From Fibrobacterales bacterium (GTDB taxonomy: Bacteria; Fibrobacterota; Fibrobacteria; Fibrobacterales; JAOPTW01): 64,000 nucleotides of DNA. The stretch covers positions 64,001 through 128,000 of the forward strand of contig JAOPTX010000008.1 in the NCBI GenBank assembly GCA_051532055.1, written 5' to 3'. Numbering within the stretch: the first letter of the stretch is position 1; each line of letters opens with the position of its first letter. Below are positions 48,134-58,702 of this stretch, piece after piece. The position numbers and the translations under genes are program-made. Below the pieces are notes generated by a model, which was not told the DNA's origin, made no database searches, and saw only the letters and a program-made list of their open reading frames with translations.

Positions 48134-49132
48134 TTAATCCTCAAACATCTCAAATATTTTTAATATATCATCTAAACAACGTTCAAAAGCTCCAACGAGC
48201 TCTGGATCAAAGTGACTACCGCTCGCTTCCTTTATAATTGAAATAGATCGTTGCATTGAAAAAGCATCTTTATAGACCCTCTTATTAGTAAGAGCATCAA
48301 ACACATCTGCCATTGCGACCACTTGGGCTTCAGAAGGAATTTCATCAGCTTTTAACCCTTGAGGGTATCCACTACCATCATACTTTTCATGGTGGTAGTG
48401 GACAATATTTTTTGCCACCTCAGAAATACCATCTTGATCAATTATCTTAAAACCATAATACGAGTGAGTTTTAATTATCTCAAACTCTTCCCCGGTCAAT
48501 TTACCGGGTTTATTTAATATATCAGAGGGAACAGCAACCTTACCAATATCATGAAGTGATGCATAGTTTCTTATTGCAGTACATTCCTCAAGGGAGAGTC
48601 CATAATGCTTAGCAAGAAGATAAGAATACTCACTTACCCTTTTTATATGATTACCGGTATCATTATCATTATAAAGGTTTGCTTTTTCTAGTGCCAGTAC
48701 GAAACTTTCATTTAACTTATTGAGCTCAATTGTTTGAGTATCAATTTTATTATCTAGGTTGTGAATCAAGTCATTTAACTTTGTGTGGGCTGCAACTCTT
48801 TTAAGTACTTCTACGGTTAAAAAAGGTTTCGCTATATAATCTACACCACCTGAATCAAAAGCCTTCTGAATAACCTCTTCATCTCGCAATGCAGTAACAA
48901 ATATTATGGGAGGTATTTTATCAGGTGATGCACTAATTCTTTCAGCTACTTCGTAGCCTTGCATATCAGGCATCAGCACATCAAGTAAAATAAGGTCTGG
49001 TTTAAATGTTTTTACCGCTTCTAAAGCCTCAACTCCTGAGGCCACAGAATAAGTATTGTATTCATCTTCCAGAACATCTTCTAAAATCAATCGATTCGCA
49101 GGGTCATCATCAACAATGAGAACGTTATACAT
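48134..49132 (-). CDS. REC-HD-GYP response regulator (RpfG-like phosphodiesterase)
   Basis: REC, TGNHIKRV, HDIGK, HHEKYDGSGYP, ADVFDAL. Confidence 0.93.
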   Translation of the reverse strand: MYNVLIVDDDPANRLILEDVLEDEYNTYSVASGVEALEAVKTFKPDLILLDVLMPDMQGYEVAERISASPDKIPPIIFVTALRDEEVIQKAFDSGGVDYIAKPFLTVEVLKRVAAHTKLNDLIHNLDNKIDTQTIELNKLNESFVLALEKANLYNDNDTGNHIKRVSEYSYLLAKHYGLSLEECTAIRNYASLHDIGKVAVPSDILNKPGKLTGEEFEIIKTHSYYGFKIIDQDGISEVAKNIVHYHHEKYDGSGYPQGLKADEIPSEAQVVAMADVFDALTNKRVYKDAFSMQRSISIIKEASGSHFDPELVGAFERCLDDILKIFEMFED

Positions 49133-49202
49133 AGTTCCTCAAAAACTTTTTAGTATTCTGAGTGTACTATACATATCAATATAAAATCAACTATGAGTGT
49201 AC

Positions 49203-49233
49203 AAAAAAAGGCCACATATTGAAAAGTGGCCTT
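49203..49233 (-). terminator. Intrinsic terminator of tkt
   Basis: Minus strand AAGGCCAC...GTGGCC followed by a T7 tract. Confidence 0.8.
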
Positions 49234-49255
49234 ATAAAGAACGATAGCGTTCTAT

Positions 49256-51328
49256 TTATTTAGAAAATTGAGCTATAATCTCACTACATTCAGCAGCAGC
49301 TGCTTCTGGTACAAATCCAAAGTGCCTTGCAACATCTTTATAGTTACCTGAAACACCAAACGATTCAATTCCTTTCACCGTGATATGATCAGCATAAAAC
49401 ATTTTGAATGCTCGGTGAGAGGCTGCCTCCATAAGGTATACTGGTATCTCGCCTGCGCCAAGAATTGATTGTATATATTCTTTAGATTGCTCTTGGAATT
49501 TTTCCATACAAGGAATACTTACCAAACGTACCTTATTTCCTTGTGACTCAAGTATTTCTTTAGCACCTATAAGAGTTGTCAGCTCAGATCCCGAACCTGC
49601 AAGAATTATATCAGCAGTTCCATCACAGTCAAATAAGGTATAACCACCTTTTTTAAATGCAGCATAGGTAGCCTCACGCTCAAGACTAAGGCTAAACAGT
49701 TTTTCATCAAGGACCTGACGGGTACCAAGTATTACTGCTGGGCCATCATTTTCCATAAATTCTAAGAAAGCAAAGCCTGTCTCCATATCATTACATGGAC
49801 GATAGGTATAGATTCCAGGAATCAGGCGAGTTGCCCCAAGGTGTTCAATAGGCTCATGTGTTGGCCCGTCTTCCCCTACGTAAATAGAGTCGTGAGTAAA
49901 TATAAACAAGTGTTTTAGCTGCATTATTGCTGCTAAACGAACAGCAGGTTTCATGTAGTCAATAAAAGTAAAGAAAGTAGAGGTAAATGGAATGAAGTCT
50001 CTGGACAAAGCAAGCCCATTTGCCACCCCACCCATTGCAGCTTCACGAACACCAAAAGCAATGTTTCTTCCTGCAAAACTTCTACTGGTGATAAAATCAG
50101 CACCCTTAACAGTCGCTTTTGTTGAACCAACTAGATCAGCAGCTCCACCAATCAATTTAGGAGAGGCTGCAGCACACAATTGAAGTGCTCCTGAAGCTAC
50201 TCCACGAGTGGCGTCAACCTTAGTACTATAGTTCAATAATTCGGTACGAAGAGTATCAGTAAGACCACTCTCTTTGTATGTCTGAAGTTCAGCATACTTT
50301 TCAGGATACTGTTTTTTATAGTTATTATAAAGCGCTTCCCACTCAGCAAGAGCAGCATCACGTGCCTCAAGGGCCGGTGCAATTGCATCATTAAAAAGAT
50401 CTTTCTCGTAAAATGATCCATCAGCCAACTGTTTTTCAACAATTGCAAGAGCTTCATCAGGTGTTTTACAGTCAGCAATATCTTTCATCGTTGAATTACT
50501 TAAGATATAAGAAACTTCCTTAGGTCCTACAGGAGCACCGTGCGCAGAGTGAGAGCCGCGAAGTTCATTCAGTCCTTCTCCAATTTTTGTTTCTACGATA
50601 AGAAGTTTTGGTTTACCTTTTGACGCTTTAAGCGCAGAGAGCTTTGCAGACATATCAGCAATGTCAGTTCCTACACAGTGTGCCACTTCCCAACCGAGTG
50701 CTTCATAACGTGCTTGTACATCTTCTGTAAAAAGGTCATTTGATGATTCATCAATAGTAACTTCATTATCATCATAAATAGCAATAAGGTTATCGAGTTT
50801 CAATGAGCCTGCAATTGAAGCGGCTTCATTGGTCATCCCTTCCATGGTACAACCATCCCCCATGAGTACATAGGTGTTGTAATTAAAGAGTTCAGAGTCT
50901 TCGGTATTAAAACGTGCTGCCATCATTTTAGATTCAACGGCAAGACCCACTGCATTTGCAAAACCTTGGCCTAATGGACCAGTAGTTGTTTCAATGCCTT
51001 TGTGGAGTTCATATTCAGGATGCCCTGGAGTGTTAGAACCGAGCTGACGAAAGTTAACAATATCTTTTATTGAAAACTGATAACCAAAAATATAGTTAAG
51101 GGCATAGACGAGCATTGAACCATGACCAGCAGAGAGGATAAATCGATCTCTATTCATCCACTCGGGGTTACGTGCAGATGCTTGAATAAAGTTACTATAG
51201 AGGAGTACTCCAATATCGGCACAGCCAAGTGGAAGTCCAGGGTGTCCAGAGTTGGCTTTTTGAATTGCCATTGCTGAGAGGTACCGGACGTAGTCCCCTA
51301 CGCTTTTCACATTATCCATATTAATCAT
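49256..51328 (-). CDS. tkt: Transketolase
   Basis: ANSGHPG, NRDRFILSAGH, TPGHPE, TTGPLGQG, GDG..EG, FGVRE, THDSIYVGEDGPTH. Confidence 0.97.
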   Translation of the reverse strand: MINMDNVKSVGDYVRYLSAMAIQKANSGHPGLPLGCADIGVLLYSNFIQASARNPEWMNRDRFILSAGHGSMLVYALNYIFGYQFSIKDIVNFRQLGSNTPGHPEYELHKGIETTTGPLGQGFANAVGLAVESKMMAARFNTEDSELFNYNTYVLMGDGCTMEGMTNEAASIAGSLKLDNLIAIYDDNEVTIDESSNDLFTEDVQARYEALGWEVAHCVGTDIADMSAKLSALKASKGKPKLLIVETKIGEGLNELRGSHSAHGAPVGPKEVSYILSNSTMKDIADCKTPDEALAIVEKQLADGSFYEKDLFNDAIAPALEARDAALAEWEALYNNYKKQYPEKYAELQTYKESGLTDTLRTELLNYSTKVDATRGVASGALQLCAAASPKLIGGAADLVGSTKATVKGADFITSRSFAGRNIAFGVREAAMGGVANGLALSRDFIPFTSTFFTFIDYMKPAVRLAAIMQLKHLFIFTHDSIYVGEDGPTHEPIEHLGATRLIPGIYTYRPCNDMETGFAFLEFMENDGPAVILGTRQVLDEKLFSLSLEREATYAAFKKGGYTLFDCDGTADIILAGSGSELTTLIGAKEILESQGNKVRLVSIPCMEKFQEQSKEYIQSILGAGEIPVYLMEAASHRAFKMFYADHITVKGIESFGVSGNYKDVARHFGFVPEAAAAECSEIIAQFSK

Positions 51329-51484
51329 TATATATCCTTAAGATTATATTTAATTTCAGTCTGTTTTGTTTCACAAGTATAGATTTTTAAACAGCTCTCT
51401 CTTATGAGTAGTGGGCTATTTGCCTACATAGTTCAATTTTGAAATCCTATGAGGGCTTAAGCAACTTTCTGATTAAAAACTCTT

Positions 51485-51517
51485 AAAACAAAGGCCGTCT
51501 TTACTAAAAGACGGCCT
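51485..51517 (-). terminator. Intrinsic terminator downstream of purQ
   Basis: AGGCCGTCTTT-acta-AAAGACGGCCT stem, followed by TTGTTTT on the minus strand. Confidence 0.75.
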
Positions 51518-51627
51518 AAATATAGGAAATTATATCCATTCTTCTCTATTTCAAGAAGAAAGATTGGACAATTCGTTAAGAATTATATGAGCAGTTGTTA
51601 TACTTTTCACATGCCCCCATTAATCGT

Positions 51628-52413
51628 CTATTTTCTAGATTTTACATATTCTACGGCATTTCTAAAGATCTTAACACCATCACCTTCTCCACGAAGACCT
51701 TCACGATGCCAACGCGGATGATTTGTCATATGCATAAAGACCTCTGGGTGAGGCATAAGGCCAAAAATAAGGCCGCTGTCATCACAAATCCCTGCAATAT
51801 CATCAACTGAGCCATTGGGATTATCAGGGTATTCAGGTGCCCCCCCCTCTTTGGTGCAGTACTGAAAAGAGATATTACCATTATCATGAAGCTTTTGAAG
51901 GGTTGCATCATCTTTAGTTACAAATTTACCCTCGCCATGACGAATTGGTAAATAGATATCTTCGATACCTTGCGTCCAAATAGATTTTGAAGAAGTATTG
52001 CCCTTAAGATAACACCAGCGATCTTCAAATTTAGCAGAATCGTTATGTATCAATGAACAAGTCTGGTCAAAGGTGTCTTCAGCACCGGGAAGAAGTCCCA
52101 GCTTAACGAGTACTTGAAATCCATTACAGATACCAATCATCGGAACTCCACGCTTCTTAGCCGCAAAGAGCTGATCCTTCAGATATACTTTTATCTTATT
52201 TGCATAAACCTTACCTGATGCAATATGGTCTCCAAATGAAAACCCTCCAGGAAATGAGAGAATATCAAACTCTTCCATATTCCTTGCGCCACTAATAAGG
52301 TCATTAATATGTACGCGTTCTGCTTCGGCACCTGCCATGGTAAATATATGGGCGAGCTCGATATCAGAGTTAATGCCATACCCTGTAATTACTAAAACTT
52401 TTGGCTTTTCCAT
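51628..52413 (-). CDS. purQ: FGAM synthase glutaminase subunit
   Basis: GINSD, PGGFSFGD, GICNGFQ, HGEG, NPNGS, LMPHPE. Confidence 0.96.
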   Translation of the reverse strand: MEKPKVLVITGYGINSDIELAHIFTMAGAEAERVHINDLISGARNMEEFDILSFPGGFSFGDHIASGKVYANKIKVYLKDQLFAAKKRGVPMIGICNGFQVLVKLGLLPGAEDTFDQTCSLIHNDSAKFEDRWCYLKGNTSSKSIWTQGIEDIYLPIRHGEGKFVTKDDATLQKLHDNGNISFQYCTKEGGAPEYPDNPNGSVDDIAGICDDSGLIFGLMPHPEVFMHMTNHPRWHREGLRGEGDGVKIFRNAVEYVKSRK

Positions 52414-52417
52414 CTAT

Positions 52418-55414
52418 TTAATCCCAGTTAACTGTTTTGTGCCATGCACTGAATGTTTCATCTACAGTGAGATCTATTACGCAATCTTCACCATCCTTAA
52501 CTTTAATAGAACCAGCGTCAGTCACTGTACCGATGCACGAAACGCTATTTTCTACCATTGCCTTTTCAAAAGCATCTTTATTTACTGCAGACACAGTAAG
52601 TACCAGTCGCGATTGAGTCTCTGAAAAGAGCTTTTCGTCACTGGTTAAAGCCCCAAGACAATCAAGATCAGTCAGATCAAGGTCCATACCAAGTCGACCA
52701 GCAAATGCCGTTTCAGCGAGGGTCACCCAAAGTCCACCATCAGAGATATCGTGAGCAGAAGCAACAAGCTCTAATTCAATAGCGGTAGTCAATGCACGAT
52801 ACAGCGGTATTGAAGTATTTGTATTTACAACTGGTACCGAGTTACCAACATGACCCAGTTCAGCGTAGTACTCTGAGCCACCTAATTCCGCTCGGGTTTG
52901 ACCTACAACATACACTAAATCACCAGCTTTTTTAGCATCGATAGTCACTGATTTTTCCACATCATCCATTTTAGCAATGACCGTAAAAAGGAGTGTTGGC
53001 GGAATTGAAATTTTATCATCACCTTTACCATAATCATTTTTCATGGAATCTTTACCAGAAATACAAGGAAGGTTATATGCTTTACAGTAATCTGAAAGCG
53101 CCTGATTTGAACGTACAAGCTGACCCATTTTGTACTCACCATCAGGAGTTTCTTCAGACTGCACTGGATCGGGCCAACAGAAGTTATCGAGTCCTGCAAT
53201 GTAGTCGAGTTTACCACCCGATGCAATCACAGATCGAACCGCTTCATCAATAACTGATGCTGTCATGTGGTAGGTATCTATATCAGAATAACGTGGTAAA
53301 ATACCATGAGCAACTATGAGTCCCTCTTTTTGATCCGGAAGTGGTCTAATAACTGCCGCATCAGACGGTCCATCATTTTTTTCACCGGTAAATGGCTTGG
53401 TCACACTCATTCCCTGTACTTCGTGATCGTACTGGCGTACCCACGACTCTTTAGAGCAAATGTTAAGACGACCAAGAAGCTTCAGCGCTATATCATTGAG
53501 GTCTTCAGGGAAGGTCTCAGGTTCACTATGAACGGGTGTTTTAAAATTTGCTTTGAGTTTGAGCTTTGGAGCACCATCATGCATGAATTCCATATTAATC
53601 ATACAGACGATTTCACCATCATAATCAACTCTGAAATAACCAGTATTGGTAAATTCACCCAAATCGGCTATCTCGACACCACGAAGGTCTGCAAGGGCTT
53701 GAAGCTCTGCCATATTCTCGGGAGGCACTGCAAGCGACATACGCTCTTGTGCTTCAGAAACAATGATTTCCCATGGATCAAGACCCGCATATTTAAGAGG
53801 TGCATTAGTGAGATCAATGTGAGCACCATTTGCACCGTGGTCAGGCTCTGCCATTTCACCTAGAGAAGATGAAAGACCACCAGCACCATTATCCGTCATA
53901 AATCTATAGAGACCAAGATCACGGGCTTCGATAATAAAATCAAGCATTTTCTTTTGTGTAATTGGGTCGCCAATTTGTACTGCAGATACTGGAGAGTCTT
54001 CAGTTAATGCCACTGAAGAGAACGTTGCCCCATGAATCCCGTCTTTACCGATACGACCACCAGCCATGACAATACGGTCACCCGGTTTAATCTCTTTATC
54101 TTCAGATGGTTTACCATTGATTTTTGCAGGAACCAATCCACCAGTCCCACAAAATACGAGTGGTTTACCCATGAAGCGTTCATCAAATACAATTGATCCA
54201 TTTACTACAGGAATTCCTGATTCATTACCACCATCACGAACACCAGCATGAACCCCTTTAAATATCTGACGAGGGTGCATTAATTTAGTTGGCACTTTTC
54301 CATCATAAAAAGGTGATGCAAAACAGAAAACATCAGTATTAAATATTGGTTTAGTACCAATTCCCGTCCCAATAATATCACGGTTAACTCCAACAATACC
54401 CGTCATAGCTCCACCAAATGGATCTAGAGCTGACGGTGAATTATGTGTTTCTGCTTTAATTGAGATTGACCAATCTTCAGTAAATTTAATTATTCCTGCA
54501 TTATCCCAAAAAACCGATTTAATAAAATCGCCACCCTTAGTGATCTCTTTTGTTGGATTATATATGTAGGTTTTGAAAAGAGAATTAATAGTTTGAGTAT
54601 TGCCTTCTTCATCAGTATACTCAACATCAGCGGCAAAAATCTTATGACTACAATGCTCAGACCAAGTTTGTGCAAGAATCTCAAGTTCCATATCAGTCGG
54701 ATTAGTCTCAGAAAGTCCGTGCTCTCTTCTCACTTTTTTGATCTCTTCATCAGTATAGTGATTTTTAATTGCGATCATTTCTTCTTCATTGAGTGAAAGT
54801 ATCATTCTATTAGAAAGATCAAGCAATTCTTTGCCCGTAGCGGGAAGTTCAATAACTTTAGTTGTAGGGACGTGTTCTGACTTAACATGTTTATCTGCAG
54901 CTGGTACACGTTTACCCGCATCCCATTCTTTACGGGCGATAATTTCATATGTCTCAATCAACGGATTAGCCAAAAACTTCAGACATACTTCTTCTGCTTG
55001 GTCGGCGGTAAGGTCTCCCTTAACTAATACCTGATATGATGTCCAAATATCTTCGAGATCTTCAAGTTTACGACCTAAAATATCATTGATGCCTTCTCGC
55101 GATGAACGACCAACATTATCAGTTACGCCAGGCTTGAAGCCAATTTCAAAAAGCCAATCAAAATCAAGTACCGACTCTGCAAGTGGGTTGTCAATTGAGT
55201 ACTCTTCCACAACGGGGTCATGAAACAATTCTTGAGCAATGCGATCAATAGACTCCATTGACTCATCAAGACAAGTAGTAAATACCTGAATTGTTTTTAC
55301 AGCGTCAACATCAATTCCCAAATCTTCGTGCATAGCAGCCATGATTCGGTTCCCTTTAGGATCGGGAAACTGTGCTTTAAGCTTTACGGTAATTCTGTGG
55401 ATTTCTCGAGACAA
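52418..55414 (-). CDS. purL: FGAM synthase PurL with fused N-terminal PurS-like domains
   Basis: QTWSEHCSHK, ETHNSPS, DGIHGATFSS, QYDHEV, DNFCWPDP, HDISDGG; probable TTG start at 55414 with AAAGG RBS (ORF track extends to 55510). Confidence 0.94.
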   Translation of the reverse strand: MSREIHRITVKLKAQFPDPKGNRIMAAMHEDLGIDVDAVKTIQVFTTCLDESMESIDRIAQELFHDPVVEEYSIDNPLAESVLDFDWLFEIGFKPGVTDNVGRSSREGINDILGRKLEDLEDIWTSYQVLVKGDLTADQAEEVCLKFLANPLIETYEIIARKEWDAGKRVPAADKHVKSEHVPTTKVIELPATGKELLDLSNRMILSLNEEEMIAIKNHYTDEEIKKVRREHGLSETNPTDMELEILAQTWSEHCSHKIFAADVEYTDEEGNTQTINSLFKTYIYNPTKEITKGGDFIKSVFWDNAGIIKFTEDWSISIKAETHNSPSALDPFGGAMTGIVGVNRDIIGTGIGTKPIFNTDVFCFASPFYDGKVPTKLMHPRQIFKGVHAGVRDGGNESGIPVVNGSIVFDERFMGKPLVFCGTGGLVPAKINGKPSEDKEIKPGDRIVMAGGRIGKDGIHGATFSSVALTEDSPVSAVQIGDPITQKKMLDFIIEARDLGLYRFMTDNGAGGLSSSLGEMAEPDHGANGAHIDLTNAPLKYAGLDPWEIIVSEAQERMSLAVPPENMAELQALADLRGVEIADLGEFTNTGYFRVDYDGEIVCMINMEFMHDGAPKLKLKANFKTPVHSEPETFPEDLNDIALKLLGRLNICSKESWVRQYDHEVQGMSVTKPFTGEKNDGPSDAAVIRPLPDQKEGLIVAHGILPRYSDIDTYHMTASVIDEAVRSVIASGGKLDYIAGLDNFCWPDPVQSEETPDGEYKMGQLVRSNQALSDYCKAYNLPCISGKDSMKNDYGKGDDKISIPPTLLFTVIAKMDDVEKSVTIDAKKAGDLVYVVGQTRAELGGSEYYAELGHVGNSVPVVNTNTSIPLYRALTTAIELELVASAHDISDGGLWVTLAETAFAGRLGMDLDLTDLDCLGALTSDEKLFSETQSRLVLTVSAVNKDAFEKAMVENSVSCIGTVTDAGSIKVKDGEDCVIDLTVDETFSAWHKTVNWD

Positions 55415-55593
55415 AATCGGACCTTTGGTAGGGTTTAAGACGCGCTTAAAATTAGTAAAGTTTCGAGAATTTTGAACCGAAAACGGCGAATAAGAGCCGT
55501 AGGAGCCCATTTGAGGTATCTTCTTTTAAATCAAAGAGTTACACGCTTACAAATACTCCCCAAGTGCCAATCACTCCCTTAGAGACTCACACT

Positions 55594-55625
55594 AAAAAGG
55601 CCAATCACCCTTGAATAATTGACCT
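55594..55625 (-). terminator. Probable terminator of the ALS-ALDH operon
   Basis: Minus strand AGGTCAAT...ATTGGCC-TTTTT. Confidence 0.55.
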
Positions 55626-55657
55626 CTTATAATTTTGAGAACCTCTAAAAAATAAAT

Positions 55658-57043
55658 TTACAGGACACTACTTTTGAGTACCATGAGCTTCTCATAGGTC
55701 ATCTCATGCATAGAGTATTGAATTCCACCAACACCAGTTCCAGAATGTTTTCTTCCACCAAATGGCATCCAATCTACTCTAAAAGCCGTATGATCATTGA
55801 CCATCACTGCAGCAGCATTAAGCTTATGTACAGCATCAAGTGCGGTATCAATTGCAGAGGTAAAGACTGCGGCCTGAAATGAGAACGGAACCGCATTAGC
55901 CTGCTTAATCGCCTCTTCTCTATCACTATAGGAATAGATACATACTACTGGACCAAAAATTTCCAGTTGAGAGACCTTTACATCCATTGGTGGATTAAGA
56001 AGAACCGTTGGTTCATAACAGGTATTTGAAATTCTTTTACCACCAGAAAGCAATAGCGCTCCAGAAGAAATTGCTTCATTAACCCATTCCTCCACCCGAT
56101 CAACTTCACGAGGCAGTATCAATGGCCCAACTTCAGTTTTAGGATCAAGGGGATCACCTACTATCAGTTTTTCAGCATACTCAACCATTTTTTGAGAAAC
56201 AGTTTCAACAATAGACTCTTCAACAAACATGCGTTGAACAGATACACAGACCTGTCCAGCATGGTAAAAGGCCCCTTTTCCAAGTGCAGGTATCATAGAT
56301 GCAATATCTGCATCTTTTTCAACAATAACTGGCGCGGCGCCCCCATGCTCAAGAGCAATATGTGTTCCTGGTGCCAGTTTTGATCGCAGGTACCAACCCA
56401 CTTTTGCTGAACCGATGAATGACAAATACGATACCCTCTCATCAGTAACCAAATATTCAGCGACATCATTTTCACACACCATAAGTTGGCACCATCCGTC
56501 AGGTAGGCCAGCACGCTTCAATATATCGACAAATGCAACACACGATAGTGGTGTGGTCAGTGCTGGTTTTATGATTACCGGACACCCAACTGCAAGAGCC
56601 GGTATAACTTGATGAATAATTAAATTAAGAGGGTGATTAAAGGCACTTATAGAAAGTACTACGCCAAGAGGCTCTTTAAATGTATAAGCCATACGGTTCG
56701 CAGAAGACACAGTATGCCCCATAGGGATTTGCTGTCCTGCGAGATGAGAAACACCTTCAAGGGCAAGCTGAACCCCATTGATAGCTCGATTCACCTCAAC
56801 CTCTGAATCAGCCCAAGGCTTGCCCCCTTCACCAGCGGCAATTTTTAGAAGCGATTCTTTCTCGCCTTTCATGATCTCAATCACACGCTCTAGTATAGCA
56901 ACCCGTTCAGGAGTTGGAATCCACTTCGAACGATCAGAATAGAGATCATAAGCGGTTGCTAAAGCTTGTTCAGCGTCGGACTCTTGATGAAAAGGAATCT
57001 CCTTTATAAGAGATTCATCATAGGGTGAATAGACTTTTAACAT
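55658..57043 (-). CDS. Aldehyde dehydrogenase family protein
   Basis: AFNHPLNL, KPA, FIGS, LEHGG, AGQVCVS catalytic Cys, EIFGP, PFGG.K.SG. Confidence 0.95.
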   Translation of the reverse strand: MLKVYSPYDESLIKEIPFHQESDAEQALATAYDLYSDRSKWIPTPERVAILERVIEIMKGEKESLLKIAAGEGGKPWADSEVEVNRAINGVQLALEGVSHLAGQQIPMGHTVSSANRMAYTFKEPLGVVLSISAFNHPLNLIIHQVIPALAVGCPVIIKPALTTPLSCVAFVDILKRAGLPDGWCQLMVCENDVAEYLVTDERVSYLSFIGSAKVGWYLRSKLAPGTHIALEHGGAAPVIVEKDADIASMIPALGKGAFYHAGQVCVSVQRMFVEESIVETVSQKMVEYAEKLIVGDPLDPKTEVGPLILPREVDRVEEWVNEAISSGALLLSGGKRISNTCYEPTVLLNPPMDVKVSQLEIFGPVVCIYSYSDREEAIKQANAVPFSFQAAVFTSAIDTALDAVHKLNAAAVMVNDHTAFRVDWMPFGGRKHSGTGVGGIQYSMHEMTYEKLMVLKSSVL

Positions 57044-57061
57044 AACACTCTCCTTGTATTC

Positions 57062-58702
57062 TTAAAGAATACACGCTTTTTCTTTGAGTAATACATTAAG
57101 TATAGAATGGTTCAAAGAATAATCAACAGCAAGATCGATTAAATGAACTCCTTTGCCATTCACTGCAGCATCAAGAGTTTTTTCAAATTCATCGACCGAT
57201 TCTGGGCGATGACCTTTTGCACCATACGCTTCAGCATATTTAACAAAATCTGGATTACCATAATCGAGACCAAATTGTTCAAAACCCATTCCTTCTTGTT
57301 TCCATTTAATCATACCATAAGCATTATCATTTAAAATAATTACAGTAAGATCAAGACCAAGGCGAACTGCAGTCTCCATTTCTTGTGAGTTCATCATAAA
57401 GCCACCGTCACCACAGACTGAAATTACTTTCTTGTTAGGGTGAACAATTTTTGCAGCAATAGCTGAAGGAAGCCCTGCCCCCATAGTTGCAAGTGCGTTA
57501 TCAAGTAATAGTGTCTGAGGTTTATAGCTTTTGAAGTTACGAGTAAACCAAATTTTGTAAACGCCATTATCAAGAGTTAAAATACCATCATCAGGGAGAA
57601 TAGATCTCACTGAAGTCACTGCACGCTGTGGAAGAATTGGGAAACGATCATCTTGGGCATACTTACCAGTATATTTATCAACTTCTGCTTTTACACGTTC
57701 AAAATAACTAAAATCCCAGTTAGATTTTTTCTTGATAAAGTTAGCGAGTTTTAAAACTGAAATAGCAATATCTCCAACAACATTAAGTTGTGGAAAATAA
57801 ATTTGATCAACTTTTGCTGGGAAAAAATTCACATGAATAACTTTTTTTCCACCGTGCTCCATTATGAATGGAGGCTTTTCGATAACATCATGGCCAACAT
57901 TTATTATCAAATCTGAGCGCTCTATAGCACAGTGTAAAAAGTCATCACTTGAAAGCGCTGCTGTACCAATAAACTTTTCATTCCGTTCATCAACCACACC
58001 TTTGCCCATTTGTGTATTAAAGAAAGGAATACCGGTTGATTTAATAAACTGAGTCAGTGACTCACTACACCGTCTACGATTGGCACTCGCACCAATAAGG
58101 AGTAACGGCATTTTTGCCTCTTCAACCATACGCGCAGCTTGATAGAGTGTTGATTCATCTGCATCAGGACGCATCCAATCAACTACTTCAAATGGCTGAC
58201 CATCAACTTCTTCCGAGGCAACATCTTCAGGAAGTTCAAGATGCACAGCACCAGGACGTTCCTCTTTTGCAATTCTAAAAGATTCGTTTATAACTGAAGG
58301 AATATTATTAGAGTTTACAATTTGATGAGTAAATTTTGTGATAGGACGCATCATATTCACTACATCAATAATTTGAAATTGACCCTGTTTACTCTTTTTA
58401 ATCGGCTTCTGGCCAGTGATCATCATCATTGGGAATGCGCCAAGATTTGCATAAGCGGCTGCTGTAACAAAATTTGTTGCACCAGGACCAAGAGTTGACA
58501 AGCAAACACCCGGTTTACCCGTTAAACGTCCGTAAGTTGCAGCAATAAAACCTGCACCTTGTTCATGTCTAGTCAAAATTAATTTAATTTTAGAATCTTT
58601 AAGAGACTCGAGAAGATCAAGATTCTCTTCTCCAGGAATTCCGAAGATATATTCAACACCCTCATTTTCAAGAGCTTTTACAAACAGGTCAGAAGCTTTC
58701 AT
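57062..58702 (-). CDS. ThDP-dependent acetolactate-synthase-like enzyme (no small subunit adjacent)
   Basis: FGIPGEENL, RHEQGA, STLGPGATN, GDGGF...N ThDP motif. Confidence 0.92.
   Translation of the reverse strand: MKASDLFVKALENEGVEYIFGIPGEENLDLLESLKDSKIKLILTRHEQGAGFIAATYGRLTGKPGVCLSTLGPGATNFVTAAAYANLGAFPMMMITGQKPIKKSKQGQFQIIDVVNMMRPITKFTHQIVNSNNIPSVINESFRIAKEERPGAVHLELPEDVASEEVDGQPFEVVDWMRPDADESTLYQAARMVEEAKMPLLLIGASANRRRCSESLTQFIKSTGIPFFNTQMGKGVVDERNEKFIGTAALSSDDFLHCAIERSDLIINVGHDVIEKPPFIMEHGGKKVIHVNFFPAKVDQIYFPQLNVVGDIAISVLKLANFIKKKSNWDFSYFERVKAEVDKYTGKYAQDDRFPILPQRAVTSVRSILPDDGILTLDNGVYKIWFTRNFKSYKPQTLLLDNALATMGAGLPSAIAAKIVHPNKKVISVCGDGGFMMNSQEMETAVRLGLDLTVIILNDNAYGMIKWKQEGMGFEQFGLDYGNPDFVKYAEAYGAKGHRPESVDEFEKTLDAAVNGKGVHLIDLAVDYSLNHSILNVLLKEKACIL

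Noticed and set aside
55415..55590. ZTP or purine riboswitch upstream of purL
   Set aside because: Only a small ACGGC/GCCGT hairpin; consensus riboswitch motifs not seen
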